Origin: Selaginella moellendorffii
Lineage: Eukaryota; Plantae; Lycopodiophyta
Direction of reading: 5' to 3'
Assembly: GCF_000143415.4 (NCBI RefSeq)
Contig: NW_003314444.1
Span: 68,106-132,105 of the forward strand
DNA: 64,000 bases
The notes under the pieces are model-generated. The model worked only from the letters and a program-made list of their open reading frames with translations, was not told the origin of the DNA and did no database searches. Positions 50,809 through 62,946 of this stretch are shown piece by piece. The position numbers and the translations under genes were made by a program. Positions within the stretch are counted from its first letter, which is position 1. Every line of letters begins with the position of its first letter.

Positions 50809-51808
50809 NNNNNNNNNNNNNNNNNNNNNNNNNNNNNNNNNNNNNNNNNNNNNNNNNNNNNNNNNNNNNNNNNNNNNNNNNNNNNNNNNNNNNNNNNNNN
50901 NNNNNNNNNNNNNNNNNNNNNNNNNNNNNNNNNNNNNNNNNNNNNNNNNNNNNNNNNNNNNNNNNNNNNNNNNNNNNNNNNNNNNNNNNNNNNNNNNNNN
51001 NNNNNNNNNNNNNNNNNNNNNNNNNNNNNNNNNNNNNNNNNNNNNNNNNNNNNNNNNNNNNNNNNNNNNNNNNNNNNNNNNNNNNNNNNNNNNNNNNNNN
51101 NNNNNNNNNNNNNNNNNNNNNNNNNNNNNNNNNNNNNNNNNNNNNNNNNNNNNNNNNNNNNNNNNNNNNNNNNNNNNNNNNNNNNNNNNNNNNNNNNNNN
51201 NNNNNNNNNNNNNNNNNNNNNNNNNNNNNNNNNNNNNNNNNNNNNNNNNNNNNNNNNNNNNNNNNNNNNNNNNNNNNNNNNNNNNNNNNNNNNNNNNNNN
51301 NNNNNNNNNNNNNNNNNNNNNNNNNNNNNNNNNNNNNNNNNNNNNNNNNNNNNNNNNNNNNNNNNNNNNNNNNNNNNNNNNNNNNNNNNNNNNNNNNNNN
51401 NNNNNNNNNNNNNNNNNNNNNNNNNNNNNNNNNNNNNNNNNNNNNNNNNNNNNNNNNNNNNNNNNNNNNNNNNNNNNNNNNNNNNNNNNNNNNNNNNNNN
51501 NNNNNNNNNNNNNNNNNNNNNNNNNNNNNNNNNNNNNNNNNNNNNNNNNNNNNNNNNNNNNNNNNNNNNNNNNNNNNNNNNNNNNNNNNNNNNNNNNNNN
51601 NNNNNNNNNNNNNNNNNNNNNNNNNNNNNNNNNNNNNNNNNNNNNNNNNNNNNNNNNNNNNNNNNNNNNNNNNNNNNNNNNNNNNNNNNNNNNNNNNNNN
51701 NNNNNNNNNNNNNNNNNNNNNNNNNNNNNNNNNNNNNNNNNNNNNNNNNNNNNNNNNNNNNNNNNNNNNNNNNNNNNNNNNNNNNNNNNNNNNNNNNNNA
51801 GAGAGTAT

Positions 51809-53091
51809 ATGTCTAACCAAAAATGGTTAAAAGATGATGCAAATATTCATATTCAGAAGAAAAGCAGACGCATGGACTTGGGTGAAGCTATTAGTATACG
51901 AGAAATTGATCGAAGTGTGGCACAGCTAATGTTTGCTGGATACACTTTAAACAGTTATGGTTTGAGACGTGGTCGAACTCAGTCACATAATGTTCGTTTA
52001 AGGATTGATATGACAGATGTTTATGGAAATGAGACTATTACAGTATGGATGTTCTACAACATTGCTGAAAAAAGGAAACAAGAATTCAGCAAAAACAAGT
52101 GGCTTAAGATATATGGCTTTGAAGTGATGAATGCTGACCCAAAATACGATCGTGGAACATGGAACTATACTCTTAAAATTTCTGAATCGACTATTGTAGA
52201 AGAATTTCAGCATCCAGCACCAAGACTATGTTTGTTGGTTCACACTATACCAATTAGCGAATATATTGACATTCACAAAGGTCGTGATTCTGTTGGTTCC
52301 ATAGATGCTGTTGTTATAAAGATTAATGATGCAACATACTCATGTGGAAAGTTAACTGTTGCTGATGGACCAAATGTTTGTGATGCCTTGACAGTATGTA
52401 TAAAGACTGTTGCTTATATTACTAACAAGAATGCTAATGTGTACAGATCAAATTTTTTGGCAAATCTATGCCTTACTTCGAAATACTAATGCAAGAATTC
52501 TATTCTGGAAATGCGCCTACAAGATGTTTCATCAATCTTCAGGGTGATGGCATTTTTAAACATGCAAATGCCACTGATATGACAATTATTACCGATGTTA
52601 TCATTTGCGATAAAAAGAAATCTCTCGAATATCTGTTTTGTACAATTGCTGAGAACTTTGAGGGGGTAAATATGAATTTCCTTTTATGTTTTGTGAATAG
52701 CTCTTAGTTGTTTATTATTTAGCAGGTCAAAGGTTGGTTTGAAATTGATAATTTGTATCCTGTATCTCTACAAACCACTTGCTCATCTTGTAATACTTTG
52801 GTTACGAAACGGATTTCAAGGTTTGAAGCAGATTGTGAGTCTTGCACATATAAAGGACTTGTAAGGCAGCAAATTTCACTCAAGGGAAAATTACATAGTT
52901 CAGAAAGTGTTCAAGATGTCGTCATTCCTTCATATCTAATTGACCAATTATATCCTCAAGTGTCATCACTACAAGAACTTTGGAGAGAAGATTCAACAAA
53001 AGCAAAGATTCATATGGCTGGTAATCCCCCTCATGGTAGATTTGTGGTAGGAATAGGCAATGGTATTATGGGGTTTGCACCCAATAAATAA
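51809..53091 (+). CDS. Second, highly divergent RPA70-like protein (probably 3 OB folds with a C4 zinc ribbon), 3 exons
   Basis: LRIDMTDVYGNETITVWMF..LKIYGFEV..YTLKISESTIVEE (OB fold), SIDAVVIKI..KLTVADG (OB fold), CSSC..CESC. Plausible GT-AG introns at ~52394-52447 and ~52666-52725. The start abuts a gap. Confidence 0.68.
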
Positions 53092-53597
53092 ATCAAAAGG
53101 AACAAGATGTTCTTATTAATTCTTGATTGATGAATACATCTTTTGTGGATTTAGTTGTTCCAGTTTAGTTGTTTCAATGCAATAAAAAATTTCATATAAT
53201 ATGATGCTTAGCCCAGCTTAAGATGACAAACTAAACCAGTGTTTCATAGTAGACATAATCTGGTATGAGATAAGTTTTAGATATATAGTGTATTTTAAAT
53301 AGGCAACGTTCATTGTCAAGCTTTTGATCTTCATTTGCACACATGAATACATGAGTACTCTATCCAGCAGTTAATTTAAATACATGAACTCAAAGACACA
53401 TGTTTCACAGGACCCTCTATAACTCTTTGAAAGAAATGTACTTGGAAATTTTCCATACAGTGATAGAAAACTCATCAGGCTCTTATAGTCCTACCTGNNN
53501 NNNNNNNNNNNNNNNNNNNNNNNNNNNNNNNNNNNNNNNNNNNNNNNNNNNNNNNNNNNNNNNNNNNNNNNNNNNNNNNNNNNNNNNNNNNNNNNNN

Positions 53598-54260
53598 TCT
53601 TTCTGCCATACAGATCTTTGAGTTGGAAAAGAAATCCATTGCTGACAGTGTATTCGCTCAGAACCATCTGGATTTTTCTTATATTAAGAAGCTTGATGTC
53701 CCTGATACTCTTGACAAAAAACAGTTCCATGCCTTGCACATTTTATTTTCAGTTCCCGATCTTGTACTGAAAGCCACAAATGATACAAGGATTTTTTATT
53801 ATGTTCAGAGCTAACATAACCAGTTCTTTTGCTTTCCAGGAACTTGAACAATCATCTGTAGAAGAACTCCTATTCCACCAAATTCCATTTTTCTTGAACA
53901 AAAATCCATGTAACATCGGTTTATCTTGTCAAGCATTCCAAATATACCACTGAGAAAAGTAGTTTATTTACTAATGTGCTGTAGTGTATAGAAGGGTAAT
54001 GTCAAGGAAATTCAGAGAGTTTTGGAACTGGACTTTGAATCTGATTCTCACATACATTTTATAACATTGATGATTTATTTTGTTGACTTCCTTCAAGAAC
54101 ATTCAAATTAGGAGTGGATGAGATAAATTTCAAGTGAAATAGCAAAACAAATACCCCAAAACAAAACTTTTTTCCCTTTATAAAACATCTCTGAGGGTAT
54201 GCAAGAATGTGCATTATTCTGATTTACGCTCATCCTCATGAATTTGCAGATATATGCTTC
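53598..54260 (+). pseudogene. Unknown gene fragment near the Helitron 5' end
   Basis: Coding-like exons (FELEKKSIADSVFAQNHLDFSYIKKLDV..; ELEQSSVEELLFHQIPFFLNKNPC) with short introns and later stops. Confidence 0.3.
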
Positions 54261-54399
54261 AAATTTGTACTTCTATCTGCCAAAAAACTTCAAAATTATT
54301 CTTTGAGACAAGGTGATTGAATTGTAATATATTACACAATGCCAATGAATAAAAAAATTTAAAAAATTAATAATTATATTTTATCAAATATTAATAAAC

Positions 54400-54464
54400 T
54401 AATATATATAAATAAATAATAAGCTATAATATATTTATAAGTTTAATAATAGTTTATACAGAGA
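54400..54464 (-). mobile_element. Helitron 5' terminus on the minus strand (start of copy 2)
   Basis: Minus strand reads A|TCTCTGTATAAACTATTATTAAACTTATAAATATATTATAGC, matching 46078-46140; similarity ends within 2 bp of the TC. Confidence 0.7.
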
Positions 54465-57400
54465 TACAGTGCTATATATTGAACACTTAAATTTTTTCAT
54501 CAACTATAAGCAAGATATAGGCTTATTATTACACTCATTATAGTATATCACTTTAGTATTATAATCTTAAACTTATTTCTAAGTTTTAGGCACAGTAAAT
54601 AACTATAAATATGGAGAGGACAATGTAATTATTAAATTCTCTAATTTAAAGTTTCACTAATATCTTCTATTCAATTCAGTCTTTTGCTTCAAGTCTGGCA
54701 CTACAAGACTATCAAAACAGCATAAAGGGGATAAATTCTTTCTGAAATTTAAGAGATCAAGATTCTTTTGTGATTTTGTAGGTACAAAAGACATGTTATT
54801 CTGAAGAATATGGAATTAATTAAATAAGCAAGGATATGGTGTTCTTGGCAAGTTTTATTACTCATTTTAGTACTTTCTAACATTTTTAATTCTGATGATT
54901 CAGAAGTTTTTGAAGCAAATTTTATGAAACCTACACATAATAAACAAGTATTTGGAAAAACACTTAATCTTTAATGACTAGAACACCACTTGCAAGTTAT
55001 ACATAAAAGATTTTGATTAGAATCCTTTCTATAATTTTAAATTTTTGTAATAACTTCTTATACAGTAATAATAATTGCAACAATATGGGATATGAGAGAC
55101 CATCTGCTTATATTACATTTTTTGTCAATAAAAGAAAGGTTATATACAAAGAAAATATTCCATTCCCATTTAAGAGTATTTGTGGAGTTTGATGATCTTT
55201 AGGGTAAAACTATCAATCTCTACACTAAAAAGGCAATTATAAATTTCAGACAAAAGATCTGAAAAATACATATCCTCACTACTGGATGATGAAAATAAAC
55301 AACGAAATTCTCAAAAGGCTAAGTTACAAATAAACAAAAAAACTTTTGAAAGCAAAACTAGATTTATGTTATTGTCATGTGTAGATTAATTTAAAAACTA
55401 GAATTCAGATCTAAACAAGCTGAAGCTCAATCCAAACACATCATCCATAATATTTGAACATTGAAGGATGTTGATATAATTGATGACTCAAATCTTATTT
55501 CCCAAAACACTGATTTAGCAGTAAATAAAGTCTTGGAATGTAATATTACCAATTCCCTGATAAATAAATTAGCTGAATTGAGCAGTAGCACTATAATTAT
55601 AATATTAATATTAATTATAGTATATAGCACTATAATATTATAGTGCTATAATATTATCATCGAATACTATAATACTAAGAATATTAAATTATAATACTGT
55701 GATATACTGGTCATTATATTAGAATTTATATAATTATAATATGTATAATTATTGCTGAATAATAATTATTATTATTGCATTTATTATATATTACCTAATA
55801 ATATTATATTATAAAAAAAATTAGCATGAAGTCCTGCTAATGGTCAACTTAATGTGGTTAATCCAAGAACTATAGATATACATTCTCTTGAACCAAAGAG
55901 AACCCAGTTTTCATCAGAACTGAAATCAATTCCTGTATGCTTCTAAAGACTCTTATTTTGGAAGAGGTCAGTTGTATGATTGTGGAAGAAGACGTAGAAT
56001 AAAAACATTTTTATGTCCATACAAGATTCCATATAAGGAATAAGATAGGTCTATTTTCTATATCATTAACTCTTGTACAATAAATGATATTAAAGCTATT
56101 CATCAACTGCGGAAGTATAAGGAAAGGACATGTTTCCATGTTTGTGTTTATTTTTTTTAAAACAGTTGCAAACTATCCCTTTCAGAATGGAGTCACAGTT
56201 ACGAGTAGGAGTTTTTCAAACTTAGGAGCTTGAAGGAACAGTAATTTCTTACTTTATTTATCTCTTTCTTATCTTTATTATACCTATTATTGTTACATCT
56301 CCAGAATTTGGAAAAAAATTGATTATATAGCATAACCAAATATGACAAGAAAATAAACTAATAAAGACTGTAGACAGTGGGCCATCTATAAAAGAGAGAT
56401 TAAAGAAGAAAATGATAAACACACACTTCACAAAGATGTTAAGTTGGATGGGTGTAAATTTCAAAATTAAATTAAATTTTGAGTATGATAATGCAGTGTT
56501 ATTTGTCCAAAGGTTTCTATAGGTATTGTGGCAATGATACACTCTGCATTGTCCTAGGGAGAGATGGATCACGGCATAATTAGACATAGATATGTAGTGA
56601 TCAAATAAAACCTAACTTAACATTAGGAAGGATATCTTTTCTGCAAATAGGAAAAATTGTTTTCACCGAATTCACATTCAGATTCAGATGCTTTGGTAGT
56701 TGTCACAGTAGAATGCCTAGCATCTGTATGAATGCCAATGAACTTTTATTTTAATTTCTACAGGTAGTATCAGATTCTTCTATAAAAGTTTTGCAACACA
56801 GAATGCACCATCTTTGCTAAGAATAAAATTCCTGAAACTCATCTACCAAGGTGATTTGGATTGTGTCTTTTATAACTCACACTGCTAAATTTAGATAGAT
56901 AAAACAAAGAAAAAATCAAAAGAAAACGATAGAGAAGCACTTACCAGAGTTTGTTATTTTATCACTCGAATGGAACATATATAGCTATTTCCCTTATCCA
57001 TAAATGATATGCTAAAATCACTCTTGTGCAAGAGAAAATACTTTAGGTCTATTCTTGATTCTTGATAGTCTAAACTGGATAATCTATGCAAATTGTGGAA
57101 CTAAGATTCATTATTCCTCTCAAGGAGTGAGTACATGAGTGAGTAGCTAAACATCACTCTTTCTTGTCAACAGTGTTACATGCTTCTCAAAAACCTGTTT
57201 CCCCGTTTAGCTATTGCAAGATCTGGATGAGTTGTGATAGGCACCATGAGGAGTATGGGATTCGATGACCATATACAAGTTTGTATACATGAAAAAATTC
57301 AAAATTAAAGTTGAAGCTACAAAGTGCAAACATAGGGATAAAAATGTTCATTCTCTCATTAAGCATGGCTGCATTGTGCAATTATGCTAATAAAAAACAT

Positions 57401-57610
57401 AATTTCAGGATGCAAAACAAGCTTCCTAAAGAAAATAAAAATGTGGTAAACAAAACAGTAATTCTAAAATAACTAATTCATTATTCAAATAAAAACATTG
57501 AACTTGAAAGCACATTTCTCAAGACAAGATATTTTCATGAGGATTGCAACTTGAGTCTTCATCTGCACAAACTTTTTTAGAGCATTTAGTATAAATTAAG
57601 ATAGACCACC

Positions 57611-59468
57611 TCATATATCCACACCAACTATGATGTATTTAGTTCTCTCTCCATCGAGGTATTTTTCGAGAGTAGAACGCATCTTCATCGCAAACTTTTT
57701 CTCTTGAATACTGTCAACATATGAGCAAAATCTGTCATAATCCAAATCCCGGAGTTGTTCAAATTCAATAGGTGGTAAACCAACTATTTCTTTAGCAGCA
57801 TCATGAAATGCAACGGCCCAAACATGAGCAGTGTTATCTTCAACACATAAGTTTAGAACATATTTATATTCAACCTCGTCACTCTCGGATGAACATGATC
57901 TGCAATACCATGTATTCTCAGATACTTTTGCCGTTTTTTTTCCACATGTCCTTCCATTTGATATTTGTTTGCAGGAAGCATAGCAGAAATCTTCAATTTT
58001 AATCTCTTTGATATTTGCATAAACTATATATATGGCTGAATACTCTGAGACTTTAAGCCGAAGGGAAACAAGTTCCAAAATAGTTAAAGTTCCCTCAATA
58101 GGCATGCTCCATGAGGAGTTAGATATTCGTGTAATATTTGCATTTGCATACATATTCTGATACCAAGAACGCATCTCCTGCACTAAATCCAAGTCGGCAT
58201 CAATNNNNNNNNNNNNNNNNNNNNNNNNNNNNNNNNNNNNNNNNNNNNNNNNNNNNNNNNNNNNNNNNNNNNNNNNNNNNNNNNNNNNNNNNNNNNNNNN
58301 NNNNNNNNNNNNNNNATCGGCATAGTCACCCCACAAGCAAATATCAACGCTATGAAAAGAGTTGTCACATATTGTCATCATCCTCCTTTTGTTAGAACTT
58401 TCCACGCCACGAGGGGTTACAGTTGTCAATCCTACCCATATCACCACACCAACAAGATCTATGTAACTATTTATAGTGATGTCAAGTATTTCAGCAATAC
58501 ATTTCCGGTGAAGAACAATACGTGGAATACATTCATCATCTGCTGTAGGCATAATCTCCATCTTTTTATCTGCAAGTATCTCCCAAGTTGCAGGAAAAGG
58601 CGTGTAGAGCTCACTAGCAGAACGAAGACCACATGTTCCAGAAAATATATAAATGGCCCCTTGGATAACTTTTTCTGACAATGCACATGCAGTTTCACCA
58701 TAGCTGACTATACGAATCTCACTGCTTGCAGAATCAGCCACATAAAAATTAAAGACCCAACCTGTGCGTTTTGTAGTGAATTGTCTAAGAGTGTCCTTGT
58801 GAGTGACTCTCGCCTTAAATGACCATTTATATGAACGGTTTGTAAGACTTGCAATTGCAGTTTGAGCAATTAATGGCCGCTTTGACTCATTCTCCTACAT
58901 TTACAATAACAATTTTTTTAAAAAAAGAAAGAAAATTTGTGAAATTGGTTCCAAAGAAAAAAGACTTACACTTGATACACCACTATGACGCTTAGATGCC
59001 TGCATCATTTTGTTTTAACAACGAAAGGAAAAATTCAATGAAAAGATTTGCTGAAGTTGTTTTTGACATTTTACTCACTTTGCTTGATTCAGGTTGAATA
59101 TTGTAAGTTGGAATTGGACTCCAGATATTGTTATGAAGATACATTACATCCAAAACAGTTAAAGTCCTGTAGAAAAGTAAAACCATAGAATTGAAAATCA
59201 CTATATAACCACATGCATACTCTTTTCCATTGTTTGCATAAAATGCGTAGTCTGTGAACTTCAAGAACGTGTTTGGTCGTATGATTTCCATTCTCATGGC
59301 TTGCGTAATATGAGATGAAACTACAGCTTCGATGTTGTCTATGCCATCAGTAACTATGATGCGCCCGTATGATCTGGTTTCCGGCAGAAGAATGTCGGTG
59401 ATGCGCAGCACAAATTCGTCTTTTGAATTCTCCCTGACAAGCCTCACTCCATGTGGTGTGCACGCCAT
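57611..59468 (-). CDS. RPA70-like ssDNA-binding protein, apparently complete (4 exons, one internal gap)
   Basis: N-terminal OB fold (IIVTDGIDNI), two central OB folds, and a C-terminal OB fold with CYASC..CGKK..WYCRSC..YKYVL..EDNT..W..AF. No stops seen in the readable exons. Confidence 0.9.
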
Positions 59469-61189
59469 GGTTACAAACCCTAGAATATGAATACACTTTT
59501 TAAATTATAACTTCCAAAACATACAAATATTGGAAGATAAAATGGCTAATGGAATTCTCAGTAAATGAACCCCGATATCAAAGTGTTCCATAACATGTCC
59601 CCTACTTCAATCGCTCTAAAAAGTGTAGTGCCAAGGACTTGGAGGTAACATATAAATAGAAAACGTATCAGCATTTGGAATTTGGAATTGGTGGTTGCCA
59701 ACCCTGCCAAAACTAATGGGTTGATCCTGGTGTAAGCTGTCGAGGCAAACGTATTTCATGCCCTGCTGAGCCTTGAGTCTGGCCTGCTCATCGGGCGAAA
59801 GGCTGTCCCATTCGGGATTCCACTCACACACTGTGCATGGAGCACAGTGCATGAAAGAGTGGGAAGAGGCTAGCTGCCTATTTTTCTTTCTATGCACTTC
59901 CTTTATGGTTAATTTTTATGGTTAGTAGGTGGTATCTGTGGTTATATATATTTGAATGTGAGGAGATCTTCGTCCCTGTCCCCCGCACTGCCCTTCTCAC
60001 CTGGCCGCTACGTACATGTGACTGATCCCAAACTGGTGGAGAATTCTCATGGCCTTGAGATCTTCTCACTGGTGATGCTGCTGCTGCTACTGCTGTGATT
60101 CCGACTCCAAATCTCCTCTCTCTCTCCAGCCACTGCTGTCGTTGATCNNNNNNNNNNNNNNNNNNNNNNNNNNNNNNNNNNNNNNNNNNNNNNNNNNNNN
60201 NNNNNNNNNNNNNNNNNNNNNNNNNNNNNNNNNNNNNNNNNNNNNNNNNNNNNNNNNNNCTTCTAGATAGCCTTTCTGTCACCATACTGCTGTAAAAAGC
60301 TGTGACAAAACCATACCCCAACCGAAGAACTTCCTCTAGCTTTGATAGCAAAACTTAAAAAGCACTATGTTTACCTGTATCCCACTTGAAGGTTGTTGTT
60401 GTGTTTAACGTTACATATGACAGACGTCGTTCCTATTTATACAACTCAAGCTAGCTGAGGAAGATTTGTGAAGCACAAAGGCAAAACGTGAAAACTTTCA
60501 GAAGCATGTGTATTCTCTCTGTTGCTTTTGTTTATCATTCCATTCGTTGATTTCTACAGGAACACATGGTTAGAGGAAGCTTCTGCTGAGATCGAAGCTG
60601 CTGTTGGGAATAGTTTGGACAAGGTTTAACTCAACTTATTTTCATGCATGCTAAGTGGCTCCAATGTGGAAGTGTAGGCACAGGCCTGTGAACTTAAATC
60701 CATTCATTTAATCCAGCTCCGAAATGTCCTATCTATCCCAGCGGAGCTGGATGTCACTCTATGCCCATATTCATCATTGACATAGTGACAGAAATCATTC
60801 ACTTGAATTGCTTTTGTTCTTTTTCAAAACAAACTAAGGATTTGAGATTTTTTTGGACAGAGTCTAAACCGTGCTGTTTTTGTTGTATAAGAGATCATAT
60901 TAAAGCATGTGGTCATGTTAGAGGATGTATGAGATCTTGCAGCAGAACTGAACTTTGAAGTATTAATGGTAGGTACATGCTGTATAGGCTCAAGAGCATT
61001 CACAAGTTGCCTATCCTCATAGCGCTCTTCAGAAGTACAACAAGGATCACAGAAAGTTAATGCATGTTCTAGATGAACACCTCACGTCTTATTAAGACAG
61101 ATAATTCATTAAAGTTTAGTTCTAAAGTCTTTTAATATCTTCCTTCTAGAGAAAACATTAATATCAATATAGATAGTCAAAAAAAGAAA

Positions 61190-62544
61190 CTCTGAAACGC
61201 TTTGCTCTTGAAGTATGAGTGGTGCTAATACTTTCCAACCACAGGTAGCAAATAGGCACATCTAGAGTAAATTTCTTTGTCATAACGATATATGTCATTC
61301 CATCCCATATGTATTGCTACAAAAAGGAAGTTGTTAATCTCTCAACTCTAAAACATATAAGCATACCTCTTGGAGACCACACCATAGGTTATATTGATGA
61401 ATTAATATGTCTTGGTCTTCATTTTCAGTTGCAGATCAAAAAGCTTGACACCATCAAACTGTTCCATGAATTGAAGTTCCACACACACAAATGTTAGATA
61501 TGTAAAGCATGGATCTCCACTAAAGGATGATAATTCTGGGACTGGCATGCAACCATGCTAAGAAAACATAGAAACAAAAGATAATCAGTAACAAAAAAGG
61601 ATCTCTTTAACTAATCACCATACATGATAATTTTTGAAATGTCTCAGATGACCCTGTAAAATTGCTTTAATAGGGTCTTTAACAAAACAAAATGATGCTT
61701 CATGTAGGTTCATTAATAGATTTTTCAACCACCATATCAGAGACATATGTCCTCTAACTATTGGAGGAGTGCAACACATAACTTCACCATTGTTCCAAAA
61801 ATTCTTGGAGCTAATAAATATATCTCCTGAAAAAATATTGATAAAATATTTCTTATTATTTAATGAACTTCCGAATGGAATCATTCCTAATTCAAAACCA
61901 ATGTGCATAACACGCAACTTTAAAGTTAAGGAACAAATCTCCTGAATATGCAGCATTTTTGAACACATAAACATGTTGTTTGTCCAGTAACACCCAATCA
62001 AACCTCCATATTCCTGATTTACAAAACCCTCAAAAATAGAACGACTACACTGTCCATTCATCGATAGTAAGAAACACCTCAGTGACTGTGGAAGTGGCAC
62101 GTGTAACTCGCTTTCAGCTTCGTCTAATATTTGGTTGGGCATTCTTCCCAATATTGTTGGGAAAAATTCATGTGCCTTGAGATGTATATAGGATTTCAAT
62201 TGAGTGACAATATTCCTGGTTTGCACAACGATGTCAAAGTTGTATCTTTTGAATGTCATATACCAGCTCTTGTAAGCCTCCTGCATTGAAAAAATAAATA
62301 AATATTAAAACAGAATATGAACAAAATAAACCTTATATGTTCCAACACGTTGGCCTTCAAAGGTTATTGGTGAGCATAATGCAAAATCCCATTGACAATG
62401 CTTCTTCCAGTTTGTTTCCATGTTACACCTCCTGTAGAATTGTTTAGATAGGCAAGAAAAAATAGCGTTGTTGTAGCCTCTGGTAGTGGCAATCCTATAC
62501 ACTAGCTCAAATGGAAGAAAAGGAAGGCGACCACAGTAATCCAT
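61190..62544 (-). pseudogene. SKIP16-like F-box/SMI1-KNR4 gene with an eroded ApaG-like tail, copy 3
   Basis: F-box exon plus a 223-aa SMI1 exon (..GLIGCYW..KMLHIQEI..KYFINIFSGDIFI). Downstream PVPELSSF..FTY..DGVKLFDLQL resembles the start of the SKIP16 ApaG domain but hits stops. Confidence 0.72.
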
Positions 62545-62712
62545 AACTGAAATTAGGTTTAGGTTAAAAAAATATGGAAACAGCATTCGTTTTACAACCC
62601 TTTCACTTTTGCCAGAATATGTGGCTACAGGTACGAACACATACTACTCATCATGTTAATTGTGAATGAATTTTCCTTTATATAGCTTCCTCCTGATTGG
62701 GTTCAACGATCA

Positions 62713-62946
62713 ATGGAGTGTTCTTTTTCATGCGAAAATGGTGATAAAGTCTTTTTTGTGTTTGAAGAAAACAGTGAATTCATGTTTGAACTTCTAAACA
62801 ATGACTATAGAAGTTTCAAATTCAAGACTGATACAAAATGGCAAGAATTCCTGTGCAAACAGCAAGCAAAAGTAGGAGACATTTGTAAGATAAAATGTGA
62901 AGATGGACAGATTGTTGCAAAGATACATAAAATTAGACAATGCTAG
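62713..62946 (+). CDS. 77-aa B3-like ORF, copy 3
   Basis: Identical translation to 41133-41366. Confidence 0.4.
   Translation: MECSFSCENGDKVFFVFEENSEFMFELLNNDYRSFKFKTDTKWQEFLCKQQAKVGDICKIKCEDGQIVAKIHKIRQC

Noticed and set aside
39716-51820. Long ORFs consisting mostly of X
   Set aside because: They span N gaps and are not evidence of coding sequence.
50305-53497. Apparent head-to-head palindrome of the OB-fold gene (possible hairpin RNA locus)
   Set aside because: Both arms abut gaps and are ~99% identical. A misoriented or allelic contig explains this equally well; long reads are needed.
30879-54464. One single 23.6-kb Helitron from the 5' end at 54464 to the 3' end at 30879
   Set aside because: The termini are compatible, but the internal direct duplication, the opposite-strand Helitron pieces and the gaps favour several adjacent copies. 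Not excluded.
54470-57600. AT-rich region with scattered exon-like pieces and the expected 5' end of Helitron copy 3
   Set aside because: No convincing reading frame, family motif or TC terminus could be identified.
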